A stretch of 34,805 nucleotides of DNA from Bdellovibrionota bacterium. Lineage in GTDB: Bacteria; Bdellovibrionota_C; UBA2361; JBGSMV01. The notes beneath the pieces are model-generated. The model ran no database searches. It had not been told where the DNA came from and saw only the letters and a program-made list of their open reading frames with translations. The stretch spans positions 1-34,805 of the forward strand of contig JBIKWF010000038.1 in the NCBI GenBank assembly GCA_044356455.1. Direction: 5' to 3'. The position numbers were made by a program, and so were the translations under genes. Numbering within the stretch: the first letter of the stretch is position 1; the number at the start of each line of letters is the position of its first letter. Below, one piece after another: positions 34,317 through 34,805 of this stretch.

Positions 34317-34805
34317 TTACGCCCCGCGCCTCCCGGTTAAGACGATGACGTAGGACCCTTCTGCCAGTCCGCGCCCCATTCCTGCGGCGAGGGAAATCCC
34401 ACGGTCGCGTGCATGGCCAAACAGAGCGAGCGCTCCCGCCAAGGAGGCCGGGAGGACATCGATACCTTCGGCGCGCCGCATCACGAGCGCAAGATCGCGA
34501 AGCTCATTATCGCTCACGCCCGCTGCCCAGCCGCCACTTGAGCGCACTGCGGTTAGCGCCAGATCCCCGTCAAAGGAATGCCAGTTGACCAGTGGTTCGT
34601 TGATCGCCGACTCCCGAATTCTCTCGGGAGGAAGATCGACGCAGCGCGCCTCCTGATTCTGGAAGGAGGTTATAATCGGGTTTTTCCCACGCGAGGATCC
34701 CGCCACCATGCGCGGAATTCGCGTCGTTCGGCCCAAGGCTTTGAGCCTCTCAAAACCCTGATAAATACCTGCGAGGGTAGTTCCGTTAGAGACGGGAACC
34801 GCGAC
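34317..34805 (-). CDS. threonine synthase-like fold-type II PLP enzyme (C-terminal part; 5' end outside the window)
   Basis: Frame open to the window edge: VAVPVSNGTTLAGIYQGF...IPRMVAG...VSD.EL...AEGI...PAS...VIVLTG. Confidence 0.85.
   Translation of the reverse strand, partial: VAVPVSNGTTLAGIYQGFERLKALGRTTRIPRMVAGSSRGKNPIITSFQNQEARCVDLPPERIRESAINEPLVNWHSFDGDLALTAVRSSGGWAAGVSDNELRDLALVMRRAEGIDVLPASLAGALALFGHARDRGISLAAGMGRGLAEGSYVIVLTGRRGA

Overview
A 34.8-kb bacterial accessory region of moderately high GC. The gene style (many signal-peptide proteins with Thr/Pro linkers and Lys/Arg-rich terminal modules) tentatively suggests an uncultured Bdellovibrionota/deltaproteobacterial-type organism; this is not verified. 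Secreted or surface proteins: a TolB/PD40-like propeller, an Ig plus putative glycoside-hydrolase protein with a sigma54 promoter, a CSLREA/beta-helix/PT-stalk protein, a 125-triplet collagen, an orphan Flp pilin and two orphan secreted proteins. Other enzymes: a Nudix hydrolase, an M20 peptidase and a lone tyrosine recombinase. Most notable is a set of amino-acid/acyl-modifying enzymes: a GNAT-HDAC fusion, a MurL-like PP-loop protein, and a minus-strand run of ThrC-like PLP enzyme (partial), DUF1611/DgcN-like protein, DegT-like aminotransferase, ATP-grasp ligase and LysA-like decarboxylase. These may form an undescribed pathway. Intergenic DNA is heavily colonised by small repeats: GTAG-type REPs (a ~166-bp-unit BIME-like array, an inverted degenerate copy 8 kb away, and a REP pair filling one intergenic region), a ~140-bp CTAG-flanked MITE in three copies, and a 9-nt-periodic hairpin motif. 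Two genes take their stop codon from these repeats. No rRNA, tRNA, CRISPR or transposase was recognised.
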